From Ptychomitrium polyphyllum (lineage: Eukaryota): 64,000 bases of DNA. Position numbers and translations under genes: made by a program. The notes beneath the pieces are model-generated. The model was not told the origin of the DNA, did not search any database, and was given only the letters and a program-made list of their open reading frames with translations. The DNA lies in assembly GCA_973851085.1 (NCBI GenBank), contig OZ316775.1:2294001-2358000 (forward strand), in the 5' to 3' direction. Shown in pieces: positions 1 to 13,150 of this stretch. The stretch's first letter is position 1; each line of letters opens with the position of its first letter.

Positions 1-1400
1 GTGGGGCTTTTCTAACAGAATGATTCGTCGTCATTGCAACCCAAGAGGCTTCATAACTTTGCTAATTTAATTGCTCTGTGACGTCCTCAGAAACAACGCT
101 TGTGGCAGTTACATGGAGTCTCCCCCACTTCACCTGAATTTGACGTAGACGTGGCAGCTGTCTAGTTTGAAAAAACGCATTAAAATGACGGTAGAAAGGC
201 TGTAATTGAGTTGGAAACTGGAACTGCAGATTCGGGCACTCAACCAATCTTCACGGTTGCACGGGTTGAAAGTGTTGAATGAAAGTTGGTACTACTACTC
301 CTGAAACAGCAGAATTTGTGACCTGGCAGCGGATTTGGCACATCGTACGATGCTACACCTGCACCAAGTGCTCATAATGCATTTGGTCGGCTGCTGCCAA
401 ACATAAAGCGGACTGAGATAGAGATGAGAGTCATGACAAAGCTCTAAAATTAGTGAAACCGTGTGGTGTGAAAAAGGGTGACTGGAGAAGCGGACATTGC
501 TGGCGGCACGCAGAGTCGGCCATGCCAGCGTCAACTCATAGGCACTGCACACAAATCTCTTCTTCCCTCTTTCCAACGAAGGTGAGACCTCCTGAAGTTG
601 ACTGCAAGTCGGCAGCACTTACGAACCTTGTTCGTACACGATGGACACCAATTTCGCTCCCGAGTGACTCCTTGCATCCCTTACATTTCCAACTTTTACC
701 TTATCACCACCTTAGTTTACTTTTCAAATATGGAGGCCATAAATTAAAACACAACTTCGTTTACTTCTAGTCCGCACACGTATGTACGCTTCTCCGACTC
801 AACTGTTCTATCTATAATTTCTCCGGTAGTTTATTCCCAACTCCGAGTTAAATAAAAATTCTTCGGCCTACGATTCCAAACATGTACGGCGTAGACTCTT
901 CGAACCAAACCCATTGTTCCTGATACCGAACGCGTTTTGCATAAATCAAAAGGTAATTATTCTTCTAAAGCTCTGCTAAATTAGATGCTCATGATGATTA
1001 GTCATAATTCCAAAGGCTGGTGTCGCATGTCTGTCCAGTTGGACATGCACTTCCTTTTCTTTTTCTAGTTCAATATTCACTTTTCTATGCTCCTCTACAA
1101 GTCCAAACTTCAAAGCAAAATGATGCAAGGGTGACATGATGCGAACAGTGTCGATTGATTCCTAGCAAGTACCCATATCCAGACCTAAGATAGCTGGGGC
1201 AGTTATGAATATGAAGTCAAAGGTTAATGGCAACGATGGAGGTACTGTGGGTGGGCCAAGGTGCAGACTCCGGCCCCGCGTCAGGGCGTTGGCTGCTTTC
1301 ACTCAAAGTCCCAACTCGAGGTCTCCGGTTGCTTGCTTTTCTCTCCTTTTCCTTTGGAGCCGCCTCCCCCACCTTTCGTCGTCGCCCTGCTCGCCCCCTT

Positions 1401-1406
1401 TATAAA
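1401..1406 (+). promoter_or_regulatory. Candidate TATA box of the peptide-precursor gene
   Basis: TATAAA directly after a pyrimidine-rich tract, ~390 bp upstream of ATG 1791. Candidate 5'UTR intron donors (GTGAGT 1562, GTAACC ~1647) and acceptors (CAG ~1765/1785) lie between them. Confidence 0.45.
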
Positions 1407-1790
1407 CTAATGCGAACTGCCCAATCTAATTCACTCACCCAACACCCCCTCCGGCCTAAAAACCACAAGTCAGCGTCATCCGCACCTAGCTCCAGCGGAT
1501 CAGAGCTTTGGTCCAATCTATGCTGCAAACTTAGCAACCTTACCTCAATTACACTTGTGATGTGAGTACTGTTGCCTTTGTGTTCTTTTACAGGAATCAG
1601 CAGAAGGGGTTGGAATTGGAACCTTGATAGACAAGCTGGGAGACAGGTAACCATATCGTAGTGCTGTAGCTGTAGTATGCGTCAAGTCTACTCCAGATTG
1701 TGACAGGTTGAAATTCAGACTTTGGACTGAAGGAGTAGTAGAGAGTAATCATTCGTGTACCCAGATTGCATTGATCCAAGTGCAGAAACT

Positions 1791-2207
1791 ATGGTGCTTT
1801 TGAGAGGAGGGTTGGTCGTAAGCATAATGTTCATCTTTCTTGTTGTGCCTCCAGTTTTTGTTGTGGAAGCCAGGACTAGGCTATTGCATGAGGAAATAGA
1901 GGTGCCTGGTGTTTCTGAAACCATGTTGAGAGAGTCAGATTGTAGTGTAGGATTTGGTTCACCTAGCCACATTGATCCAAGCTTCTCTGGAAGGAAGATG
2001 CTAGCTGCTGAAGCGCCGACGCAACAGCTTGACGGGCACGCATCTACTGTAAGTTCGACAACGGTGTCGTCTGCCGAGAAGCAATCGACGTCGACGACCC
2101 CCGCTGCACCGGCTCGCTTTAAATCTCGGTTTGCATTCCTATTTCGTAGCTTGGCAAAAGGTGGCTCACCCCCATCAACTGGCACTCCGTCGCCGGGCCA
2201 CAATTGA
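1791..2207 (+). CDS. Small secreted peptide precursor, IDA/IDL-PIP-like (138 aa)
   Basis: Intronless ORF from ATG 1791. It has a hydrophobic signal peptide (MVLLRGGLVVSIMFIFLVVPPVFVVEA|R), a variable S/T-rich pro-region containing GRKML, and a C-terminal FRSLAKGGSPPSTGTPSPGHN-stop. The C-terminus parallels the Arabidopsis IDA extended motif FGYLPKGVPIPPSAPSKRHN. Confidence 0.75.
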   Translation: MVLLRGGLVVSIMFIFLVVPPVFVVEARTRLLHEEIEVPGVSETMLRESDCSVGFGSPSHIDPSFSGRKMLAAEAPTQQLDGHASTVSSTTVSSAEKQSTSTTPAAPARFKSRFAFLFRSLAKGGSPPSTGTPSPGHN

Positions 2208-4217
2208 GGTCTCCATAACGACTATTGCAGCTAGCAGGCATTGATCGGGACATTGTCAAGCTTTTGATCAACCCGGAAACAAAGACCCAGAGCAAAGTTG
2301 TTGGTTCGAGGTGACTTTTTGTGACAAGAACAGGGTTTTGAAACCTATCAGCGAAGATATCTCTGCAGGTCATCGCAAACCTGATATTGTACCGTCCTCG
2401 ATTCGATTGGAGCGTTCCAAGTCCAATTTTTGAGCTGTTCTGGTGAAGATGGCTCAAGTGTACAGATTGTTTTCAAGATGCAGATGGCTAAACGAATCCA
2501 GGTATAATTTGGAGTTCTAATTACAAAATTATATTAAACTGATCAGTTTCAACAGGAGCAATGACCTTTTGATGGTTTGGTATTTTCGACCACGAATTTT
2601 GTAGTATTTAGGTTCCGGCCTCGTACCATTACCATGAGGTTTTAGAATGAGTCTAGCATTTAGAACTGCGTGACTCAAATGCAGAGTGCATGAGTTAGAA
2701 CAGAGCAGAAAGGGTTGGAGTTTCCTCCCAAAAAATATCAAGCCATTGTAGTGATCAATACTTCCTCTCCTTTTCGATGGAGTGAGTGGCCTGAGCATGG
2801 CCACCACTGCAGAGCCCACCATGAGTTGCTGTACACAGGAGTTAAATGATTGATTCAGGACTTCTACAAATTGTAGGCTGACTGCAGTGCCAAATTGTCT
2901 TGGATCTTACAATTGAGTTCAAACTGCCAGATGGTGGCCGCTTCATGATGGAAACTTCCATGTCATGGACTTGAGTTATTAGAGTGTCAATGACAGCAAA
3001 TGGTTTCCGGAAATTACTGAAAAGGATTGACACACACTGATAGGAATGTGATCTCTTTGGCTATGTCGGACCAATGTGCAAAACATTATATTTGAATGGA
3101 CACATAGTCAGTGCAACTGTACAGAGGAGAAATTCACAACCACCGGAACGATGATGTGCCCTGCAACGAATTGGAAGAACAGTATTCGGAACTTGCGAAG
3201 CGTACTGCCTCCGCCGGATACGTGTCAATCCTGGTGCAAGTCTTTGTAATGTATCGTGTTTCGTAAAATTCTTAGAATGCAGGAGGACATCATTGTATTT
3301 CTCAAAGCCTATGCAGATGCTTACTCTTGATCGTCAGAGCTGAACAGAAGGAAATAGTCTCAGAGATAACATATGAACTCGCCCTTGAAAACTAATCATT
3401 CTTAGGAGGTTATAAAAAATATTATAAGTTATGGAGGACGAGAGTAGAAGTAATTATAGAATAAGTTGAAAAGGATCCCTAAAACCACAAGTAGTAGGTG
3501 ATCCTTCAACCGTCTAGGCAGATGAAGATTTTCAATATTGCAAATATTGCGTAGTTGTCACTAGTTAGTTTTGTCTTGTTACATTTGTGTCCAACTAGTA
3601 AAGACCTGTTGATTGAAGGGCCGCTTACCTTGCTCTCTTCCATCCTCAAGACAGAGTTCCTGCAAAGCTACTCTTATTGACGAAGGACTCCTTTCGCTGG
3701 CAGCATGACAAGTGTCATTCATTTTGAAAGCTCAATGAGCAGATCTACTGTTGACATTCTGTGATAGCCAATATACAACAAGGCTAGTGCTCTGATTATG
3801 TGTCTGGCAAGGATTCATTTCCTGGATCTGGAGTTGACAATATCACAGGTTCTCTACAGTGTGAAGTGAGGATAGTGTTTTCATGGAATTATTGCTTATG
3901 CAAAGCATCCTTTCGTCACTACAACGGTTACTACATCAATTGTAGCCTGTGATTCACAGTAATTCATAAAGTCTCACAGTAATCCAAGAGTATCACAGTA
4001 GTTTGAAATTAGAACAAAGTTTGAGTCGCTGATGATTCTTAGAAGAACAATAGTAGTGTAGGTATAATATGGCTTACAGTAATAAATTACTGTACAAGCC
4101 AATGTGATTTTATTCATTTATTTATTTTTATTATTGTATTCTGACTATTTTGATAAGTCTCTAGCAAAAACAGTGTAAGGTTAAATGCAAAATCTCACAT
4201 TGAGACCATCTCTAACA

Positions 4218-4390
4218 TACATATCAAAATGTCAAAAAAGAACATTTTAATTCACTTTAGTTAGTATTTGAAAATACCACAACAAAAAGCACATTAGAAA
4301 CAATCACTTCCAATAACCACCAAAAATTCTAAATTTGGATATTTGATGACAAAACTGCATTCTTTTCAAGCATCCTATTGTATGGAGTTT
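4218..4390 (+). repeat. Degenerate copy of one arm of the fold-back element at 7528-7962
   Basis: Shares co-linear blocks TACATATCAAAAT, TTGAAAATACCA, AAGCA(C/T)ATTA, ATGA(C/T)AAAA and CAAGCAT.CTA.TGTATG.AGTTT with 7528-7700. Confidence 0.6.
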
Positions 4391-7300
4391 AGTGGAGTTT
4401 ATGCATTAAATACTTCTTAAATTTGCAAAGTGACGATCATGCAACTCCAAAGATTTGACAACATTCCTCACATTCCAATGATTCCATGGAAGACTATGCT
4501 TATAAAGGATGTAATCAGTATCCATATATAGAATTTTATTCCTTTTTTCAATGTAATTTCAATGTACTTCCAGTGGTAATATATGGAGGGCTAAGTCCAC
4601 ACAAATAAAAAGATTATGAATTTACATTTTGGTGTGTGCCTGGTCTTGATGCTCTAATATTGGGTCTCACAGCGATGGCAACAATCGATGTAGACAGCGC
4701 GTGAGCGTTGGACAGCTTTGCTATGTTTTCTTTAATGTCGCTTGCTTCACAAGCTTCTTACTGCACCCCCAATTTCCAGGTAAAATATGCGGGAGGCGGA
4801 GCTGATTGGAAGGCTATCTTTCATTTGGTTCAACATTCAACGTCTACCCGGTTGATGGAACTGTCATACGGGAACCTGTCTCTTCTCTGCATTCTCTACT
4901 CCCTCGCCACTCTCACAATTGAACGCTATGTACAGTAAAGCTCGGGTCTCGTATGAAAAAGTTACTGCGGTAAAGAGAAGAGTCTAGGCCGTGAAGTGAA
5001 CTTCTCTGAGTCAGTAGTACATCATGCAGAAATAATAAATTGTGGTCACATGACGTGCATTACAAGGACTGCATCTTACGAAGAAGTATACCAACCCGTC
5101 GTCTACCGGTGAATCTGTGATTCTTGTATTCTCTGGTGTACAATATATTTTCCTTATGACTCGTGTAGAAAGTAATCAAGCTTCCTAATTAAACTCACTT
5201 AATATCTTTGAACCTTCTGTACAGCACACACAAGTTTTGGAGTTCCAGTACAAGCTCCCCACTGCGTCGATCGCCACACATTTTCCAAGGGGTGAAGTAC
5301 GCTCTGTGCAGATGTGCAGGAATTTTTGGAACATGAGCCTGAACTTCAAGCACGTTTTGTTGCCTACGAGAAGAGATCACAAACTTGCAAGCAATGCTTC
5401 GCAAAGAGCTGAAACAGACAGTTATGGTAATCTTCCCGAATTTGGTCACTAGTTAGGCCCCCTGAGAGGCAGTCCGAAGAATGGGGTACGGCAGTGACTT
5501 TACACAACGCAAGAAATAATAGTTTGCTCTGTGCTGAGGACCCGGCTTGGTATCTCAGACGTAGTGCAAGGGAAGTTTCTGAAGGCGCTGTGCAGTGGTT
5601 TCTGTGAAGCACATGTTCTACATATGTTCATCTCTCAGGAGGTGATGGAAGCCACGCTGCAAGCAAAAGGTTTAGTGGAAACGAGGTACACTCCCAGCAG
5701 TGAAATCATTTTGTGTACTTGTTGCAGCCTAAACGCTAGCAGGATTGTAGAGAGAGAAAGAGCAAATCAGTCTCAAGATATCCCTCCCAAGGTGATTGTA
5801 GCCTCACATTTTGACCCAATTTCTAGGTAGATAATACCATTGCTTCTGTGAAAGTTTATTACAAGCATGATTGTGCACCTTGTAACAAACCAAGCCTTAA
5901 ATTGCATTAAGGTTTAGTCAAAATTTACTACAAGCTTAGAAAATGTGTAGTAAATCGATAAATTGCTATTTAACCAAAATATTACACTAATTTTAAGTAA
6001 GTAATTGCAATTGTTTTAGTAGTCTATATTTCTTTAACCTAAATTAAAGTTTCTTTTTCATTTATGAACTATATCTTTCTTTCTCCATGGTGTAATGGAT
6101 TTCAAAATAAAATTGCTACAGTATGTATTATTGAAGGATAGGAGTATGAATAAAATTGCTTTTAATGCATTAAAAAGACATCCCTATAAATGTGGTTTGC
6201 AATATATAGGATTAAAAATGTAGCACTTGTAAAATTGAGTGAAATACATCTACATGACACATATGCAAATATATGAGCTATAAGAATAGATGTTAAAAAC
6301 AACTAAACCATATGTTGACATCAAATTTGTGATGACCTTTTAAATTAAAGTATGTGGCTTTAGAACTACCATATCTTCGACACCATCAAGTAATAGGTGC
6401 ATTCATATATATTTGTAAAATAGTTAAGTTTTTCATTTATACATGTTTTTTTGTTGATTAATTTATTCTTGTAGGTTTTTAATCACTTATATAAAAAACA
6501 TTGGAATGCCTATGTTTTTCTATTGTTTTTCCAATTATTCCTAAATGAAGTTTCCAAATTCTAATAATTCTTTTGCAAAAAGTAGCTCTTTATTTTCCAA
6601 ATCCACTTATATAAACTCCATGTTGGATGCAATGGAATCAATAATAATCTACTACTACTTTATATATGAAGATCCATAATAGTATCAAATATGTAAAACA
6701 TCTTTAATATAAACATTTTTTATAAAATAATTATTTTAAAATTCCATTGATAGCATCATTATTAAAGATTATTATGCATTAAGCATTTAAAAAAATTATT
6801 CCATACATAAGTAAAATAATTTTCACTTTAATACAAAAAAGAAACAACAACAAAGTCACATAGAATAAAATAGTTCATTAGAGTAAACTTGTCTTAATAC
6901 CATTTTTATTACAATGGAAAATTTCAAAGTTCCAAAATAATCTTTGAAATGAAATAAATCTTAAAAAATTAAAGTTTTAAAAGATGATTGTCATATTTTT
7001 GAACTTATATAATAATTTTTTTGCTAATAAATGAGCCAAAATAGCCAAAAGCAATTGGATTTCTAACTAGAAGATTTATAAGATATATACTTCAACCACG
7101 TCAATTTTTTTAATCTTCATCAAATTGATATATAATAAAGTAACTAGAATTAATAAAAAAAATCACTAAATATGTAATTTAACTTGATTTGAATTGAATT
7201 TAACCAAATTATTTTAAAATTGTTGTTTTGTCTTATTATAATTAATTTGATGATTCTTTTAAAATTTATCTTTTGGTACTATGGATAAAGGATAAATTGT

Positions 7301-7527
7301 ACATATGTAATAATCAAAAAATCATTTATTTAACAAAAAATACTAATAAGAAAATGTACAGGTCAAACAGTAATTTTATTTACATAGAAGGATTTTATCT
7401 CATTTGAAGAAAATAATTTTTTTTATTCTATGATAAATTTTTATTCAGCTCAATTTGCATACAAATTCTTTAGCTTAAATCAAATTATGGTACTTAAAGT
7501 AATCTTTATTATTGGAATTTTCCAACG

Positions 7528-7962
7528 TACATATCAAAATGCAAATTTTTTTTTAAAAATTATCATTTAATTATTCATTGAAAATACCATTGTTAGAAGC
7601 ATATTAAAAATTTATATAATATAAAGTCCAAAAAATCTTGATCACAAAAATTTAATGATAAAAACATGGTCTAAGCAAGCATGCTAATGTATGAAGTTTG
7701 AAGTATATTATCAAAAAAATTCAATCAATTATAATTAATTTACATACGTAAATGATTTGATGCCTTAGCTCCATTGATGTTCAAACATTTGATGGCACTT
7801 TCAAATTCCATATACTACCATATTTGCACTTGAAGAATACAATTTTGTCATTTAATGTCTAAATGAAGAATTTCTTAGGTCTATTTTACATTATTTCCTA
7901 TATACTTCTAGTAGTGGTGTTTTCAAATTAAATTAGAAAACCTTGTTATATTTTGATATACA
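7528..7962. mobile_element. Degenerate fold-back/MITE-like element with long imperfect inverted arms
   Basis: The left arm ATATCAAAAT...TTGAAAATACCA...AATGATAAAA is mirrored by the right arm TTTTGTCATT...TGGTGTTTTCAA...ATTTTGATAT. No coding capacity; TSD not recognisable. Confidence 0.5.
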
Positions 7963-9368
7963 AATAAGAATAATAGCCAATCTTATAAAACAAATAAATT
8001 AAAAATTTGATTATATAATCTTGATTATATTATATATAAAGATTATGTGACTTTTATTTAAAAGAAAAATATTTCAATGCATATCGTAGGTTTTTATATG
8101 TAAATAAATTTAAAAATAGATAATTTATAAAATTAGCAATAATCATATAAATCAGAACCAAAAAAGGACCAAAACAATAAATAACTCATATTTTACCTGC
8201 TCAATAATAGCTATTATATATTAAAATCCAGTTAAAATTTAATAAATATAAAAGATATATAATTATTTGTTTTTCCAACTGAATTTTAAAAGTCAATGAT
8301 TATAAATAAGTTCTGAGTTTCCATATTGATTTGATGTTTCCACCTAATTCAAATTAGAAGTATTGTTTTACCATATATCTTCATTACATGTTATTAAAAA
8401 AAATTATCCTTTGATCGTATATCTTCAAAATATATATTTATTTCCAATAATTGCTTTTACAAGCAATTTTTTTTTAAAAATCCTACATAACTAATTTTAT
8501 CTATTTTAAAAAAATTATTTACTTCTAAAAATGAATTTAAATCTTTTTGAAGGTAAAAATTTAATTAATTATAATAACTTTGTATAAAAAACAAAATTAT
8601 ACAATTCCAAAAATATAACTATATAAAAAGTTATTAATCTCTTATATTTTCTTTGTTATAATTCTTAAATCAAATATGTTCTTAGACAACATTCTTTTTA
8701 TATTACTAGCTTTTTTTTTCTCGATGTTATATTTTCATTGAATCCTATAATATTTTTTAATCAAATGACCTTATATCATTACAATTTAATTTAAAATAGG
8801 ATTTCATTTTTTTTCTAAATGCCATACTTTGCTACAACAACAAGAATGTGTAGATTATTTTTGCTTACAAATATGTTTTGTTTTTTATTTTTTAATACAT
8901 TTTTTCATGCAATGATTAAATTCTTTTTTAAACTTTTTTGCAATTAATGTTAAAAAGTTGAACAAGGTGAGAACACATTTAGAACATAAATATAAAGTAT
9001 TTCTGAAGTGGCTATGCAATCATTAAAATTGTTCACATTTAGTCTATATCAAATAGTTATATCATAATAAGATGTGATAAAATTTGGAATATGAATTCTT
9101 CTTTGAAGTAAAAATATCATATTTTTTTATATTTTAAAAATAAAATGTATTATGCATCATAAGTTCAATCACAAATTAGCATAATCAACATTAATTAATT
9201 TTTGGTGTTATTTGTCTTTTTTAGTTCTATTTTGTAACTTTTGAGTAGTAAATTACTTAATTTCTTTAGAATTTGTTTGATATTTTAGAACTTCATTGCA
9301 AAAAATTTAATAAAAATAGGCTTAAATGATATTATTATATAAAAGTATTGAAGATAATCTATGTTGCA

Positions 9369-10513
9369 TGTCGTACACTTCTCCTTGTGGAGTGCCCGCA
9401 ACACTAAGGGCACAAGGAGGACCTCAAAGTGACGTCCGGGACTTGTAGCGCCGATAGTGAGGGGAACCGAGTGGGCCTAGCGTGGGAAGGACCCCTAAAG
9501 GGGAGAAACATCCTTGCCCATGTAGACCAAAGGCTACGAAGGATAGATGGCTGGCATTGGAAGAATCACGAAGAGTTGATTCTAGAATACTAAAAATTGT
9601 CCAAATCAGACAAGGGAGCTAAAAGTTATGGCATCCCAAAGTTGGGGTTGCCAAGGGGCTGTTCTGGAGTGTGGCAACCCTACTCAGTGACTGTATTGGA
9701 GTGGGACAGTGCAGGGAGGGACTCCCCGGGAGTCCCGAACCTTGGGAGAGGCGTATCTCCCACAAAACTAACTCAAATCGGACGTTTGAGGAGTCTATCG
9801 GCATCTACGCAAAAAATAAATGACGATAAATTGGTCGCTTGATACATTTGGGCATCGGATGAGAAAGATATGGCTCCCTGAAGGTCCGCTGGGAGTCTCG
9901 GAGGCTTCCAGCGGCTAAGTCCCAAGGGAGATCGGGTGGTCTTCCAAAACTCTAGGTGTGTTGGAGTTCAACCAGCTACAGAGGGCCAGGGGGCTTGTCG
10001 AATCCCACAGAGAGTACTATAAGGGAAGGTTGGTCCCCCTCCCCACTCCCCTAATGTCCCGGTAGAAACCAAGGGTGAGTCCCGGTTGGTGGAGCTAGTG
10101 TTGGGGCTTTACCACGGGGACTCCCACACCATTGTGAGCCGGTGGATGGCCGGTTTCACAAAGGGAACTAGCACGTTCAAAAGGGTACGCTAGTTACCAC
10201 TAAGTTGGGGTGGTGTCTTCACGCTAGCACCATAATGGCCCGGGGTGATCTTAGGATCACATAGACATCATGAGTAGTGGTGAGGAGATACCACTAAGTG
10301 CGGTTAGGCCGTGTGGAATGGGAGTAATACCAAAAAAGCCTTGAACATAAATGGAAGTCCGCACCTAACCATTGGCTACTAATAAATTGGGTGTCCTAAG
10401 ATAAATGGTAGAAAGACTTGGAAAGTGAAAATGGGGGTTAACCATGTGCATGTGGGGGTGTACAGGATTGACGCGCGTGACGCTTGCTAAGGTGCATTAC
10501 AAAGGTTGCGACA
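9369..10513. mobile_element. Solo LTR of an LTR retrotransposon (1145 bp)
   Basis: GC-richer island bounded by TGTCGTA...TGCGACA (TG..CA with short inverted termini) and flanked by an identical 5-bp TSD TTGCA (9364-9368 and 10514-10518). No gag/pol inside. Confidence 0.85.
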
Positions 10514-12115
10514 TTGCATCTCATGGTGAAGGATTTTGGTCCTTTGATTGCCTAAAAATCAAGTAGGAATACATCTTACAACTTCAATATAATATGTAAA
10601 CCAATCTTCATAATTATATAAATTCTTATACTATAATTTTTATTTTTGTAAAATCCTTAAACACATTGCATGTATAATTTGAACAAATAACATGCTTTCA
10701 AATAAGATTCAAGTCAATATACATATATGTGATTTTTAATCAATTGTCTCTTTTGTATAACTTTCAAGTTAGCATTACATAAACAACATAGTTTTTTAAA
10801 AGTATACAAGAATTGGTTTGTATGAGTTTTAATATAAGATATGCACTTATCAAAATATTATAGTAATATATTCTTCATCTTCATCATTTACAAATGTATA
10901 TAAAATTTTAGTTCAAATTAATGATTATAACAATGATTTTTAGATATTATATGGCCTGATAGTACCAAATTAATTTGATTGTTTTTTCTTTTAACAGCCA
11001 AAGTAGGAGAAAAAAAAAAAAATCCAAGTTTTAATATTTTTTTTTTGTACTTTAAATGAAATTTCCAATTGACAATGCAATATTGAAAATATAAAGATAA
11101 CAAAAAGGTTCCATCCAAAATATAAATGAATATAAAATCATATGGCCACATCATAATATGTTGCATAGCCACCTTAGTATTTATCTAAAAACAAAATAAC
11201 CATTTGATAATTTAGTAGAAACTAAATTTTGTTTTCAAACCACTTCAAACTAAATTTAGTGGCATTTTTGGGACGATACATAATTTGCATATTTGCATTT
11301 TGAGCTTTATAAAAAAATTCTTCTTTAGATTGCTTTAATAAATAATTTTTTTATTCAAAAGATATATAGTTTTTATTCTTCACTCCGGTTAAATTGCAAA
11401 AATATTTTTAAATCAAAAAACAAACTAAATGTCTTTTCTATGAAACAAGAATAATTTAAAGAATTAATCTCTATTGCTTGAATGTGCATTTGATCTTGTG
11501 CAATTTTGAAAGCTAAAAAGTCATGCAATATCATTATATGAGACCTAAATTTGTTGAAATTTACCATTTGAATAATCATTTTTTATATTAATATAAGAAT
11601 TAGTAATAATTACATATTCAAAATCCAAATAAAATAAACATTGCTTAAAAATCGTAATTCCTATATAATTAGCCTTTCTTCTTTTTGTGTTGGCACAAGA
11701 ATTTAATATTTCATATTAAATTATAGAATAATTAAAAAATGAAACCATTGTCATTTCACATAACTATCTTTTGTATTATTTTTTAAAAGGTAGATATTAT
11801 TTCTTTTTAAATTAAGAAATTTTAATCATTATTTATTAGATTATAATTAGAACATATTTTATTTTTTAGCAAACTTTAAAATATCTATTACAATAATTAT
11901 TGAATTAAATTATACAATTAAATTTTTTTTCAAAACATAACCATACAACCTTGATACTTGATAGATGCTATGCAAAATATCATTATCAAATATAAAAAAT
12001 CTTATATCCACTTACATCCAAATAAAAAATAAGAATAAAGCTCAAAAAATAAGAAAGTACAAAAATAATTTAGGCCATGAAGGTCCACGGAAGAAGAATT
12101 CTTTCCCACTATCTT

Positions 12116-12178
12116 CTCAAGGCTCCCACTTCCAAGCTCAAGGGTGTCACTGCCAAACTCAAGGGCTCCACTCCAACA
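12116..12178 (+). repeat. Three degenerate ~21-bp tandem units
   Basis: CTCAAGGCTCCCACTTCCAAG / CTCAAGGGTGTCACTGCCAAA / CTCAAGGGCTCCACTCCAACA at the edge of the AT-rich block. Confidence 0.5.
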
Positions 12179-13150
12179 TTCCCAGGCGAAGGAGACACAA
12201 ACAGGGCAACTGCTCCATGAAGGCTCCCTGTAGGAGAAGGGGAAGGGAAAGGGGAAAAGACACGGCAAGCACCCTGTATGAGTAACAAAGACGAAAAAGA
12301 AAAAGAAAAAGAAGCTCTCCAGGGGGAAATGAGGCGGGACGAGTAGGACTAGAAAGGTGGTCCACACTGGGGTAACACAGGAGCAGCGGTCGCGGAGAGA
12401 CAGCGGTAGCGCAGGCCAGGAGAGGTCAGCGTGCGTCACGGCGCATTGACAGTCCCGGGTGCCACTCGAATGCGACTCCGGCAGCAGCGGGCGTGACGCG
12501 CGCGACCTAGTTTGTGGACCAGTGCCAGGAGAGCCTTGACACCCGAGGACCGCAAGGCTGACTTCCGAGTTCCCAGGCGGGCGCGCCCGCCCGAGGGCTA
12601 CCTGCGTACAACGGGCTGGGTCAGCTCTGCAGCGCCATGCACCCCATGTCGCTGGGATAAGTACCCTCTCGCAGATCGTCTCCGCACAGCCAGATCCCCT
12701 GGGTGTAACATGCTGTCAGGACCTGGATTCGCACTGCGGGCGCATACAGACCTGATCGACCCCGAATTTCCGAGCCCACACAGCTGCAGGTTCTAGCTGT
12801 GACTGCACTGGTCATGTGTGATCTAGAGCACGCTTCAGCAGTTTCGACGGTTTATCACATCGATCAGTGCTGGACGACTAACTGTACTAGTACTCAGGCT
12901 GGGGGAATCGCGGTCACATTGAAGTGAACTTGGCATTAATTGGATAATGAAGCAGAGTATGTACGAATTGGTCGTCGAGGTTCTGGGAAGCTAGCGGAGG
13001 ACTTTGTACTTGATTAACCACGGGGATCGTTTGACGAGTTGGAGAATTTGAAGACCTCGGAGGGATTGAATTGTTGAGATTTTGGTAGTCACGACGATTT
13101 TTGGAGGCGGTTTTTAAGGGAGGCTGCTTCCTTCTGGTTTTTGGGGTGAA

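Larger units (their letters stand above)
5850..12070. other. Very AT-rich gene-free block (decayed repeats) interrupted by a solo LTR
   Basis: Visibly A/T-dominated with homopolymer runs and no credible ORF. Sharp compositional boundaries at ~5850, 9369, 10513 and ~12070. Confidence 0.75.

Noticed and set aside
2500..5830. Short ORFs (60-100 aa) downstream of the peptide gene
   Set aside because: No recognisable motifs, no consistent splice-linked frame, and many lack an ATG start.
9597..9842. ORFs inside the GC-rich island as possible gag/pol remnants
   Set aside because: No zinc-knuckle, protease, RT or integrase motifs; they lie wholly within the solo LTR.
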